A stretch of DNA of 64,000 nucleotides from an uncultured Thermoleophilia bacterium (GCA_963715985.1 CAVQSP010000008.1:64001-128000), one strand, 5' to 3'. Shown: positions 43,279-52,664, numbered from the stretch's first letter. The notes: generated by a model from the letters alone, not told the origin. Program-made: numbers and translations.

Positions 43279-44013
43279 TCAGCAGCCGGCGCACGTGAAT
43301 CCCCCGAGCATGGCCGGCAGCTCGTCGAAGTGCCGCACGACGAGGTCGCCGGTGGAGTGCGCGGCGTCGTGGTTGTTGGCGCCGATGAAGTGGACGGCGG
43401 CCATGCCCGCGGCCTGCGCCCCCGCGATGTCGGTGCGCTGGATGTCCCCCACGTGGGCGGCCTCGGGGGCGCGCACCCCGAGCTCGTGAAGCGTGTGGAG
43501 GAACACGCGCACGTCCGGTTTGCTCATGCCGTGCTCGTTGGAGAAGAAGAGGTACTCGAAGTAGGCCAGCAGACCGTGCTGTTCGAGGATCCGGCGCAGC
43601 ACGTGGCCCGGTGACCACCCCGTGTCGCAGATCACCGCCAGGCGGTAGCGCTCCGCCAGCTGCGGCAGCGCCGAGGCCGCCCCCGGCATGGGCTCCGGCG
43701 GCAGGTCGAGCACGAGCAGCTCGAAGCGGTCGACGATGCGCGCGCGGACCTCGTCGGGCACCGGCGGGCCGAGCCGTGCGAGCGTTGCGTCGACGAGCTC
43801 GCCGCAGAGCGGCGTGCGGTGCTCGTCGACCCACACCCGGTCGAAGTAGTCGAAGCCGCCGGCAAGGGCGTCGTGCAGCGCGAGTCGGGAGACGCTGCGT
43901 CCGAGCGCCTCGAGCTCGTCGCGGAGGACCTGCGCACGTCGGTGCTCGCGTTCGCCGCCGTGCGCGTCCACGACGAGCGTGTTCCAGAAGTCGAAGGTGA
44001 CGGCACGGAGCAT
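43279..44013 (-). CDS. HAD family hydrolase
   Basis: FDFWNTL, SKPD, HVGDIQRTDIAGA. Confidence 0.85.
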   Translation of the reverse strand: MLRAVTFDFWNTLVVDAHGGEREHRRAQVLRDELEALGRSVSRLALHDALAGGFDYFDRVWVDEHRTPLCGELVDATLARLGPPVPDEVRARIVDRFELLVLDLPPEPMPGAASALPQLAERYRLAVICDTGWSPGHVLRRILEQHGLLAYFEYLFFSNEHGMSKPDVRVFLHTLHELGVRAPEAAHVGDIQRTDIAGAQAAGMAAVHFIGANNHDAAHSTGDLVVRHFDELPAMLGGFTCAGC

Positions 44014-44122
44014 GGGCGTAGGGTACCAGAGAGAGTGCGAGTGGAAGGCGGGACCCCGCACCGCCGGACCGGTGCGGTCAGCATGCCGAGGTCCCGTCGC
44101 CCGGAGGGACGGGACCGTCCGC

Positions 44123-44335
44123 TCAGCCGGACCCGGGGATGCTGTCGTCGTGGTGGTCGGCTCCCACCGTCGACGTGGCGCGCATCACCACGGTGGTGGC
44201 GCGGGGCAGGACGACGATGTTCACGTCGATGCTCCCGCACGCCGGACACATGAGGTGCCGCGTGTCGCGAGGGGCGTCGTCGGCCGAGCGGAACATGTGC
44301 CCGCAGACTCCGCACACATACTCCGTGCGTGGCAT
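44123..44335 (-). CDS. Small zinc-ribbon protein (FmdB-like)
   Basis: GGAGAGGAGGG RBS. MPRTEYVCGVCGHMF...CPACGS. Confidence 0.65.
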   Translation of the reverse strand: MPRTEYVCGVCGHMFRSADDAPRDTRHLMCPACGSIDVNIVVLPRATTVVMRATSTVGADHHDDSIPGSG

Positions 44336-44436
44336 GACCCTCCTCTCCGAGACCTCTATGGATTGTTTACCCACCGAAGGGACGTGTCTCTCAGGTCACC
44401 ACCTGAATCTTCGACGGCGGCTGGTACACTCCGCCC

Positions 44437-45351
44437 ATGGCAGCCGAATCCAGGAAGGCCGTGGTCGCGGCGATCATCGGAAACCTCGCGATCGCGGTGA
44501 TCAAGTTCATCGCCGGCGCCATGACCGGCAGCTCGGCGATGATCAGCGAGGGCATCCACTCCGTGGTCGACACCGGCAACGGCGGCCTGCTCTTCTACGG
44601 CCTCAATCGCGGCGCCAGGCCGGCCGACGAGCACCACCCCTTCGGCCACGGCATGGAGGTCTACTTCTGGAGCCTCATCGTGGCCGTGAGCATCTTCGGC
44701 ATCGGCGGCGGCATGTCCATCTACGAGGGCATCACGCACATCCAGCACCCGGTGCCGCTCGAGGACCCGACCATCAACTACATCGTGCTGGCGCTCGCCG
44801 CCTTCTTCGAGAGCATCTCGTTCAGCGTCGCGTGGCGGGCGTTCCGCGGGTCGCGGCGCGGGCGCTCGACCATCGCCGCGATCCATCACGGCAAAGACCC
44901 CAGCCTCTTCACCGTGCTGTTCGAGGACACCGCCGCCCTGCTCGGTCTCGTGGTCGCCTTCCTCGGCGTGTTCCTCAGTCACCAGCTGGACGCACCGGTC
45001 CTCGACGGCGCCGCCTCGGTCGCCATCGGCTGCATCCTCGTGGTGGCGGCGCTCTGGCTCGCCTACGAGAGCCGGAGCCTTCTTGTCGGAGAGGCGGCGG
45101 ACCCGCAGCTGGTCGCCGACATCCGCCGCATCGTGCTGGACGACCCGGCCGTGACGGGCCTCGGCGTGGTGCTCACCATGCACCTCGGCCCGGACGACGT
45201 GCTGCTCAACATCGAGGTGCTGTTCACGCCGGGGTTACCGGCGGAGGACATCCACGCGGCGGTGCACCGCATCGAGGAGCGCATCAGCGAGCCGTACCCC
45301 GAGGTGAGCCGCATCTTCATCGAGGTGGAAGCGCTGCGCGCCGGAGCGTGA
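44437..45351 (+). CDS. Cation diffusion facilitator family transporter
   Basis: SEGIHSVVDTGN, HPFGHG, EDTAAL, TM helices plus a C-terminal cytoplasmic domain. Confidence 0.9.
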   Translation: MAAESRKAVVAAIIGNLAIAVIKFIAGAMTGSSAMISEGIHSVVDTGNGGLLFYGLNRGARPADEHHPFGHGMEVYFWSLIVAVSIFGIGGGMSIYEGITHIQHPVPLEDPTINYIVLALAAFFESISFSVAWRAFRGSRRGRSTIAAIHHGKDPSLFTVLFEDTAALLGLVVAFLGVFLSHQLDAPVLDGAASVAIGCILVVAALWLAYESRSLLVGEAADPQLVADIRRIVLDDPAVTGLGVVLTMHLGPDDVLLNIEVLFTPGLPAEDIHAAVHRIEERISEPYPEVSRIFIEVEALRAGA

Positions 45352-45368
45352 GGTAGAGTGGGAGCCTG

Positions 45369-45644
45369 ATGAACTGGATCAACGTCGCAACCATCGTCGC
45401 CGTGATCGTCATGGTCGCCCTCGGCATCTACTTCTTCACGTGGATGAGCAAGAGCCAGCGGGCCGCCGCCGAGCAGTATCGGGAGCAGATGAGCGCCGCC
45501 GCGGCGGCCGAGGCGCGCGAGGCGGACGCGGCTGGCGAGACGCACGCGTCTGAAGACAGCCATGACGCCTCCGCCGGTGCCGGCCTCTCAGCCGCCGACC
45601 GCCTCAAGTTCGAGGAGCAGCACCGCAGCAGCGGCTCTGTCTGA
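45369..45644 (+). CDS. Small single-pass membrane protein
   Basis: N-terminal TM helix, charged C-terminus, GC-typical codon use. Confidence 0.6.
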   Translation: MNWINVATIVAVIVMVALGIYFFTWMSKSQRAAAEQYREQMSAAAAAEAREADAAGETHASEDSHDASAGAGLSAADRLKFEEQHRSSGSV

Positions 45645-45769
45645 GCCGGTCCAGGGGCCGCTGATCCGGTCGCGGCCGTCGTCGACCGGCTCTTCTCGGT
45701 CTACGAGGCGGTCTTGCTCTCCGCGTGGCGCCGGATCCGCCACAGATCACGACGAGGCGATCTGCGCCC

Positions 45770-46534
45770 TCATCTCCCCGGCGAAGCGAGGCGCTCGCCG
45801 ATGACGCGCCTCTTGCAGATATCGCAGAGCCCGTCGATCTTCTCGCGCAGGTGGATCTCGGCGTCCAGCGTCGCAGCGTGAGCTGCGGTCGTGATCGGTC
45901 TGCCACAGCGCTCGCACGTGAGCAGGTCGAAGGTGCGGCCCCAGATCGTCCTGGTGGCGGCGCTGTCCTCCATCGCTATGCACGCTGTGGGGCAGGCCTC
46001 GACGCAGGACCCGCAGCCGACGCAGTCCATGGCCGCCGTCTGCCCGAAGGGCGGACCTACCCGCTTGTCGGCACCGCGGCCGATCGCCGCCAGGGCGTTG
46101 TAGCCCAGGGCGGAGCACACGCGGACGCAGAGCTCGCACAGGATGCAGTCGGGGAGCGGCGCGCCGGTGATGGGAGCGAACCGTGGCTCCTTGACATCGA
46201 GCTGCGCGGCGAGCCGCCGGAGGACCGGGGCATCGGGGGCGCGCCGCAGCAGAAGCTCCAGATTCATGGCGCGATGTCTGCGGATGCGCGGCGAGTCCGT
46301 CACCACGACGAGGCCGGCCGACACAGGGTAGTCGCACGACGTCGTCAGCTGTACCCAGTCGCGGCCCGGCCGGCGCACTTCCATGAGGCAGAGACGGCAG
46401 GACGCGATGGCGGGCACGGCCTCGTGGTGACAGAGCGCCGGGATGTCCCGGCCGGCGCGGCGCGCGGCGTCGAGCACGCTCGCGCCGGCCGGCGCGGCGA
46501 CCTGCGCGCCGTCGATGATCAGTTCAACGTCCAC
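45770..46534 (-). CDS. NuoG/HydA N-terminal-like Fe-S subunit without catalytic domain (WorA/BfuA-like)
   Basis: [2Fe-2S] IPALC...SCRLC...TSC, 2x[4Fe-4S] CILCELCVRVC and CVGCGSCVEAC, extra CERC...CDIC. Confidence 0.85.
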   Translation of the reverse strand: MDVELIIDGAQVAAPAGASVLDAARRAGRDIPALCHHEAVPAIASCRLCLMEVRRPGRDWVQLTTSCDYPVSAGLVVVTDSPRIRRHRAMNLELLLRRAPDAPVLRRLAAQLDVKEPRFAPITGAPLPDCILCELCVRVCSALGYNALAAIGRGADKRVGPPFGQTAAMDCVGCGSCVEACPTACIAMEDSAATRTIWGRTFDLLTCERCGRPITTAAHAATLDAEIHLREKIDGLCDICKRRVIGERLASPGR

Positions 46535-46543
46535 CGCGGCCTC

Positions 46544-48394
46544 CTACTGGACAAGCACGGCGTCGCGCTTGCAGACGTCCCTGCAGATCCCGCACTTGAT
46601 GCACAGCTCCTGGGCGATCGTGTGCGGCTGCTTCTTCTCTCCGGCGATCGCGTCCTGAGGGCAGCGAACGGCGCAAAGCGTGCAGCCGTTGCAGCGCTCC
46701 ACGTCGATGCTGAAGCTGATGAGCGCCTTGCACACCGCGGCCGGACAGCGCTTGTCGTCGACGTGCGCGAGGTACTCCTCGCGGAAGTAGCGCAGCGTGG
46801 ACAGCACCGGGTTGACGGCGCTCGTGCCGAGGGCGCAGAGGGAGGTGGCCTCCACGGTGTCGGCGAGCTCCTCGACGAGGGCGATGGTGTCCCGCGTGCC
46901 GCGGCCCTCGGTGATGTCGCCGAGCAGATCGTGCAGCATGGCGAGCCCGTCGCGGCACGAGGTGCAGTTGCCACACGACTCGGAGGCCAGGAAGCGCAGG
47001 AAGTACTTGGCGACGTCCACCATGCAGGTGTCCTCGTCCATCACGATCATGCCGCCGGAGCCCATCATGGAGCCCTCGGCCACGAGCGTGTCGAAGTCCA
47101 CCGGCAGGTCGAGCTTGCCGGCCGGAAGGCAGCCCCCGGAAGGACCGCCGGTCTGGACGGCCTTGAACGCCTTGCCCTCCGGGATGCCCTCGCCCACGTC
47201 GAAGATGATCCGGCGCAAGGTCATGCCCATCGGCACCTCGACGAGCCCGGTGTTGTTCACCTTGCCGACGAGGGAGAAGATCTTGGTGCCGGTTGAGCCC
47301 TCCGTGCCGATCGAACGGAACCAGTCGGCCCCGTTGAGCACGATGTGCGGGACGTTCGCCCAGGACTCCACGTTGTTCACATTGGTGGGCCGGCCCCACA
47401 GGCCTTCTTCAGACAGGTGGATGAGCCGCCGGTGCGGCACCCCGCGACGCCCCTCCAGCGACGCCATCATGGCGCTCGCCTCACCGCAGACGAACGCGCC
47501 ACCGCCTCTGCTCACGCGGACGTCGAACGACAGGTCGCTGTCGAGGATGTGGTCACCGAGCAGGCCGAGTTCGCGCGACTGCTCGATCGCCAGGCCGAGG
47601 TGCTCCACCGCCAGCGGGTACTCTTGGCGGACGTATACGTAGCCTTCGGGCGCCCCCATGGCAAGGGCGCCGATGGTCATCCCCTCGAGCACACTGTGGG
47701 GATTCCCTTCGAGGATCGAGCGGTCCATGAAGGCGCCCGGGTCGCCCTCGTCCGCGTTGCACACCACGTACTTCAGGTCGCCCGTTGCGTTGCGGCACGC
47801 CTCCCACTTGCGGCCGGTCGGGAAGCCGGCGCCGCCACGACCGCGCAGGCCTGACCGCTTGACCTCTTCCAGTACCGCCGCCGGGCCCATCTCAAGGGCT
47901 CGCAGAAGCGCTGCGTAGCCGCCGGCGGCGATGTAGTCGTCGATGGACGTGGGGTCGAGCTGCCCGGTGTCTCGCAGTACGATGCGCTGCTGGTGCCGGT
48001 AGAACGCGATGTCTTCCTCGGTGCGATAGCGCTCGCCTGTCACCGGGTCCTGGTACAGCAGGCGCTCGACCACCTCGCCGCCGAGCAGGGTCTTCTCGAC
48101 GATCTCGGCGACGTCCTTGACCTGTACGTGCTGGTACAGGGTGCCGTCGGGAAGCAGCTTGACCAGCGGCCCGCGCTCACAGAACCCGTGGCAGCCGGTG
48201 GCCCGCATCCCGATCGCGTGGCCGGCCCCCTGGGCGGCGACCTCGGCACGCAGCGCCTCGAACACCCTCATCGCGCCCTGCGCGCGGCAGCCGGTACCTC
48301 CGCACACGGCGACGACTTTCTGACTCGTGTCCCTGGTCGCGAGCAGGACTCTCGCGATGTCGCGACAACTGGGCTGGATCGGAGAGACGCCCAC
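46544..48394 (-). CDS. NuoF/HydB-like FMN and Fe-S pyridine-nucleotide-binding subunit (WorB/BfuB-like)
   Basis: N-terminal CGGTGC...CHGFC, GRGGAGFPTG, NADEGDPGAFMDR, GGPSGG, SCGNCTSC...C, C-terminal 2x[4Fe-4S]. Confidence 0.92.
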   Translation of the reverse strand: MGVSPIQPSCRDIARVLLATRDTSQKVVAVCGGTGCRAQGAMRVFEALRAEVAAQGAGHAIGMRATGCHGFCERGPLVKLLPDGTLYQHVQVKDVAEIVEKTLLGGEVVERLLYQDPVTGERYRTEEDIAFYRHQQRIVLRDTGQLDPTSIDDYIAAGGYAALLRALEMGPAAVLEEVKRSGLRGRGGAGFPTGRKWEACRNATGDLKYVVCNADEGDPGAFMDRSILEGNPHSVLEGMTIGALAMGAPEGYVYVRQEYPLAVEHLGLAIEQSRELGLLGDHILDSDLSFDVRVSRGGGAFVCGEASAMMASLEGRRGVPHRRLIHLSEEGLWGRPTNVNNVESWANVPHIVLNGADWFRSIGTEGSTGTKIFSLVGKVNNTGLVEVPMGMTLRRIIFDVGEGIPEGKAFKAVQTGGPSGGCLPAGKLDLPVDFDTLVAEGSMMGSGGMIVMDEDTCMVDVAKYFLRFLASESCGNCTSCRDGLAMLHDLLGDITEGRGTRDTIALVEELADTVEATSLCALGTSAVNPVLSTLRYFREEYLAHVDDKRCPAAVCKALISFSIDVERCNGCTLCAVRCPQDAIAGEKKQPHTIAQELCIKCGICRDVCKRDAVLVQ

Positions 48395-48886
48395 TCACGC
48401 CGGCTCCTCCGTCTCGAGGAGCTCGTCCACGAGCCGCGAGAGCCGCTCCCCCGTCATGTGGCCGTGGTACTCATCGTCGATGATGACGAGCGGACCCAGG
48501 GCGCACGCGCCCACGCAGCTGACCTCCTCGACGGTGAGCGACAGGTCCGGCGTCGTGCCGCCCGCCGTGACGCCGGTGTCGCGTTCGAGTTGATCCAGGA
48601 GCCGCGGCGCGCCGCGCACGTGACAGGCGGTGCCCATGCAGACGGTGCAGGTGTGCTCGCCGCGGGGCTCGGTGTGGAAGCCATGGTAGAAGGTGGCCAC
48701 CCCGTAGACCTGCGCGGGCGGCAGTCCCAGGTGGGCCGCCGTCTCTCGCAGTGCGTTCGCGGGGAGGTACCGAAACTCGGTCTGCAGGTCGTGCAGGATG
48801 TTGACGAGCTCGCCCGGATCCCGCCGGGGATAGCGAGCCAGGACGGCTGACACGCGGCCGCTCTCGGTGGCCTGGGTCTCGCTCAC
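48395..48886 (-). CDS. NuoE/HydC-like [2Fe-2S] subunit (WorC/BfuC-like)
   Basis: VYGVATFY, VCMGTACHVRGA, SCVGACALGP. Confidence 0.9.
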   Translation of the reverse strand: MSETQATESGRVSAVLARYPRRDPGELVNILHDLQTEFRYLPANALRETAAHLGLPPAQVYGVATFYHGFHTEPRGEHTCTVCMGTACHVRGAPRLLDQLERDTGVTAGGTTPDLSLTVEEVSCVGACALGPLVIIDDEYHGHMTGERLSRLVDELLETEEPA

Positions 48887-48902
48887 GTCTGGATCCTCCT
48901 TG

Positions 48903-49175
48903 TCATCCGCCGGCCACCATGGGGAAGATCGAGACCTCGTCGTCCGCGACGAGCGGGGCCTGCAGGAGTCCGGAGTACAGGACGTTGCGCCCGTTCACCA
49001 GGATGATGATCTCGGGATTGAGCCGGTCGCCGGCGAAGACGGCGCGCCGGAACGACGTGCCGTAGCGCGCCGCCAGCGTCTCGAGCAGCGGCCCGAGAGT
49101 CGCCGGCGGGTCCTCGACGCGGCGTTCGTTCTCGCCGGTGTAGGTCCGGACGGTCGCGAAGTACTTGACGATCAT
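48903..49175 (-). CDS. moaD: MoaD/ThiS family sulfur carrier
   Basis: VKYFA, ILVNG, SIFPMVAGG with terminal Gly-Gly. Confidence 0.85.
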   Translation of the reverse strand: MIVKYFATVRTYTGENERRVEDPPATLGPLLETLAARYGTSFRRAVFAGDRLNPEIIILVNGRNVLYSGLLQAPLVADDEVSIFPMVAGG

Positions 49176-49254
49176 CGCGTGTGCGCTGCTGCGGGGGCGC
49201 CGGGCGGCCGTGGAGCTGCTGTGCAGCTCGCCGGCCGCCCGGCGCCGGCCCCCG

Positions 49255-51060
49255 TCAGTTCAGCGCCAGCTCCTTCAGCTTCGCTTTGCCGGGCACGCCC
49301 TTCTCGTCCCAGCCGCGCAGCTGGTAGTACTCAGGCAGCATGTCGCCGAGATGGCTGATCTCGCCCTTGGCCGGGCCGGTCTTGATCGGCTCCTTCAGCA
49401 GGCGCTCCGGCAGTGTGTCGTCCGCCGTCGTGTAGCCCTGCTTCAGGTTCCAGAGGCGCTCCTGGTTCCAGATGCGCTCGCCGATCTTGAGGAACTCGTC
49501 GAGCGAGTACTCGACGCCGGTGAGCGCCGAGACCATCTGCGCCAGCTCGCCGCCGCCGATACCGAACGTCGAGAACAGGCAGGCGCCGCTGGAGTCGAGG
49601 GCAGCGGTGAGGTTCTGGAAGAGGATGTCCAGGCCCGCCTTGCCTTCGGTGACGCGCGGGTCCATCACGGCGCCGTTCTGCAGCACCTCGATGGCGATGG
49701 TGTACCCGCGCACGTGGCAGCCGCCGCGGTTGCCGGTGGCGTAGTTCAGACCGATGCCCTGCACGCCGCGCGGGTCGTAGGCCGGCATCTCCTGCTTCTT
49801 GCAGGTCATGGAGTACTCGGGGTGGCCGTAGCTCTCGGCCAGGCGATACGAGCCCTGGGCGAGCTTGGCGCCGAACCCCTCGCCGGTGCCGGTCTTGCGC
49901 ACCATCTCGACCATGGCCGCGACGTTGCCGAACGTGAGCTGCACGCCGTCGGTGTCCTCGGTCGTGATGATGCCGCGCTCGAAGAGCTCCATCGCGCAGG
50001 CCACCGTCGAGCCCATCGAGATGGTGTCGATGCCGTACTCGTTGCAGAGGTAGTTGGCCTTGGTGATCGCGGCGAGATCGTCGATGCCGCAGTCGGCGCC
50101 GAACGACCAGGCGCTCTCGTACTCCGGACCTTCGCCGAAGCCCTTGTAGTCGGGATCGTCGACCTTGGAGACGCGGCCGCAGCTGATGACGCAGCTGAAG
50201 CAGCCCTTGGCGCGCTGGAGGTGCTTGGCGGCCAGCGACTCTCCGCCGGTCTTGTCGGCCGTGGGGAAGTAGCCGTCCTGGAAGTTGCGCGTCGGCAGGG
50301 CGCCCGTCTGGTTGAGGATGTTGACGAGCACGTTGGTGCCGAAGGCCTTGAGGCCGGCGCCGCCGACGGGATGCGCCTGGATCATCTTGCGCGACGTCAT
50401 GACGATCTTCTTGAAGCGCTCGGGATCGGCGACCTGCACCGCGCCGGTGCCGTAGACGGCGACCGCCTTGAGGTTCTTGGAGCCCATGACGGCGCCGACG
50501 CCGGTGCGTCCGGCGGCGCGGTGCATCTCGTTCATGATGTTGGAGATGAGCGAGAGATGCTCGCCGGCCGGCCCGATGCATGCCACCTTGGCGTCTTCGT
50601 CGGTCTCGGCGCGCACCAGGTCGGTGGTGTCCTGAGTGTCGCGGCCCCAGATGGCCGCGGCGTCGCAGATCTCCACCTGGTCGTCGTGGATCCACAGATA
50701 CACCGGCTTGGCCGCCTTGCCTTCGACGATGACGGCGTCGTAGCCGGCGTACTTGAGCTCGGGACCGAACGAGCCGCCCGAGTTGGAGGCGGCGATCACC
50801 TGGTTGAGGGGGCTCTTGGTGACCACTTCGTAGCGTCCCGCAGAGGGTGCGAACGTGCCCGTGAGGGGGCCCGGGGCGAAGATGAGCTTGTTGTCGGGGC
50901 CCAGGGCGTCGGTCTTGGGGTCGACCTCGTCGGTGATGATCTTGCCGCCGAGGCCGCGGGCGCCGAGGTAGTCGTGAGCCATCTTGAGATCGGTCGCCTC
51001 ACGGGTGGCCGTGCCCTTGGTGAGGTCGACGCGGAGGATCGTCCCGGTCCAACCGAACAT
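49255..51060 (-). CDS. aor: Aldehyde:ferredoxin oxidoreductase (tungstopterin AOR/WOR family)
   Basis: ILRVDLT, TKSPL, GPELKYAGYD, AAGRTGVGAVMGSKNLKA, CFSCVISC, GPEYES, GIDTIS, NRGGCH. Confidence 0.93.
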   Translation of the reverse strand: MFGWTGTILRVDLTKGTATREATDLKMAHDYLGARGLGGKIITDEVDPKTDALGPDNKLIFAPGPLTGTFAPSAGRYEVVTKSPLNQVIAASNSGGSFGPELKYAGYDAVIVEGKAAKPVYLWIHDDQVEICDAAAIWGRDTQDTTDLVRAETDEDAKVACIGPAGEHLSLISNIMNEMHRAAGRTGVGAVMGSKNLKAVAVYGTGAVQVADPERFKKIVMTSRKMIQAHPVGGAGLKAFGTNVLVNILNQTGALPTRNFQDGYFPTADKTGGESLAAKHLQRAKGCFSCVISCGRVSKVDDPDYKGFGEGPEYESAWSFGADCGIDDLAAITKANYLCNEYGIDTISMGSTVACAMELFERGIITTEDTDGVQLTFGNVAAMVEMVRKTGTGEGFGAKLAQGSYRLAESYGHPEYSMTCKKQEMPAYDPRGVQGIGLNYATGNRGGCHVRGYTIAIEVLQNGAVMDPRVTEGKAGLDILFQNLTAALDSSGACLFSTFGIGGGELAQMVSALTGVEYSLDEFLKIGERIWNQERLWNLKQGYTTADDTLPERLLKEPIKTGPAKGEISHLGDMLPEYYQLRGWDEKGVPGKAKLKELALN

Positions 51061-51061
51061 C

Positions 51062-51544
51062 TCAGCTCACCTCCTGGAAGGCGTCCTTGAACTTGGCCGC
51101 GTAGGCCTTCTTGCGCGAGCGCACCTGCTGCTCGTCGTCCACGAACTCGAGCGCTCCGGTGGGGCAGAACGTGACGCATTCCGGCGCGCCCTGGCAGGTG
51201 TCGCACTTGAAGATGCTGCTCGTGGCGGCGTCGTACCGCGCGTTGCCGAAGGGGCAGGCGATGGCGCACATCTTGCAGCGGATGCAGGTGCTGGCGTCCC
51301 AGTCCACGAGGTTCTCCATCGCGGTGCTGCGATGCATGGCGCCGGTGGGGCAGACGGTGACGCAGGCGGCGTCGTCGCACTGCTGGCACATCATGGGTAC
51401 CGACATGCCTTCGCGCTCCCACGTGTACGCCTGCACGCGCGAGGCGCCGGGGCGGAACTGGCTCTCGTGTACGAACGAGCACGCCAGCTCGCAGTTCCGG
51501 CACCCGGTGCACTTGTCGGGGTGGATCATCAGAACCTTGGCCAT
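51062..51544 (-). CDS. 4x[4Fe-4S] polyferredoxin small subunit (WorS/DmsB-like)
   Basis: CTGCRNCELAC, CQQCDDAACVTVCP, CIRCKMCAIACP, KCDTC..ECVTFCP. GAGGAG RBS. Confidence 0.9.
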   Translation of the reverse strand: MAKVLMIHPDKCTGCRNCELACSFVHESQFRPGASRVQAYTWEREGMSVPMMCQQCDDAACVTVCPTGAMHRSTAMENLVDWDASTCIRCKMCAIACPFGNARYDAATSSIFKCDTCQGAPECVTFCPTGALEFVDDEQQVRSRKKAYAAKFKDAFQEVS

Positions 51545-51907
51545 GGCATCTCCTCGGTAGAAGGGTGCGCGGAACGAGGCGACGCGGCCTGGCGGCAGCG
51601 GCCCTCGGAGGGTAGCGGCGGAGGGAGCGCGAGGAACGCGCGGTCGCCGGGGACCGTGCGCGTGCCTGCAGTCGGTCCTCGCACAAGGATGCGAACCGGC
51701 GCTGCCGGGTGCCCGCGACCATTCATCCGGGTGTCCACGGCGTCCTCCCGTTGTCGGCACGTCAGAGACGCCACGTGCCACGAGGCTCTTCTCCATTCTA
51801 CTCAGTTGCCGCCGCCCGCGGACAGCTTCAGGCGCGGCCGACCTCCCGGTTCGGACGGTGCCCGACGTGGGAGGGGAGTACAATGCTGGAGGGTGGATGG
51901 GGGGCTC

Positions 51908-52288
51908 ATGAAGAGAGCGCTGGTGCCGCTGGCCGTGGGCTGTGGCCTGGTCGTGGCGGTGGCCGTTGTCCTCCTCGCGATCGGCTGGGAGTGGACGTGG
52001 TTCGCGATCGCCAGCGGGGCGCTCGCCGCGCTGTTGCTCACGCTGTTCAGGGGTTCGGTGACGGGCGCCGACGAGCGGCGGCCGCCCGGCAGAGCGCGAG
52101 TCTCTGCCGCGCGCTGGGCCGGGCCGCTCGACCCCGACCACCTCGCTGCCCAGGAGGGCGCGCTCGAGCCTGACCCAGCCCTAGCTGCGGAAACCCGCGC
52201 CGAGGACGTGGCGACGGGGTTCGCCTTCCTCTGGACCGCCGTGCCGCCTGCCGCTGCGGCGGCGGTCGCCATCATCTTCTACCTGTAG
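51908..52288 (+). CDS. Hypothetical membrane protein
   Basis: Three hydrophobic segments. TACAAT -10 element upstream. Confidence 0.55.
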   Translation: MKRALVPLAVGCGLVVAVAVVLLAIGWEWTWFAIASGALAALLLTLFRGSVTGADERRPPGRARVSAARWAGPLDPDHLAAQEGALEPDPALAAETRAEDVATGFAFLWTAVPPAAAAAVAIIFYL

Positions 52289-52664
52289 CCGGCCGGGAAC
52301 GGCCGCGGAGGCTCCGCGATGGCCTCTGCGTATGGAGGGCCGGGGCATCAGCGCCGGGCTTCTCACCGCCGGCTCCTTGTGGCTCGTGTGGCGCTTCGGG
52401 AACATCGCCGGCTTCGACAAGGCCGCCGACCGGTTCTCGACCTCGAGGGCCGGCACGGAAACGATCGACCGCGTGGAGCCTCGAGAACGGCAGCGGCGCG
52501 GCGGGCCGCCCCGTGGCCGCCCGGGCGCGGGCGACGAAGTGGCCCCGCGCGTGTACACTAAGGAGGTCCGCCCGGCCGGCGCAGCCCAGCCGGGCGTTCG
52601 GGCGTCAGGCAGCAGCCGCTGGCCGCGCCTCCATCATCAGCCACCCCGACAGAGAGAATCACCC

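Noticed and set aside
45770-48886. Respiratory complex I (nuoEFG) or [FeFe]-hydrogenase
   Set aside because: No membrane nuo genes and no H-cluster motifs. The third subunit is only 254 aa and the genes share an operon with AOR.
52332-52664. N-terminal extension of TypA (763-aa ORF)
   Set aside because: TypA homology begins at GTG 52665. The upstream part is a degenerate small-protein copy plus promoter and leader (TACACT at 52554).
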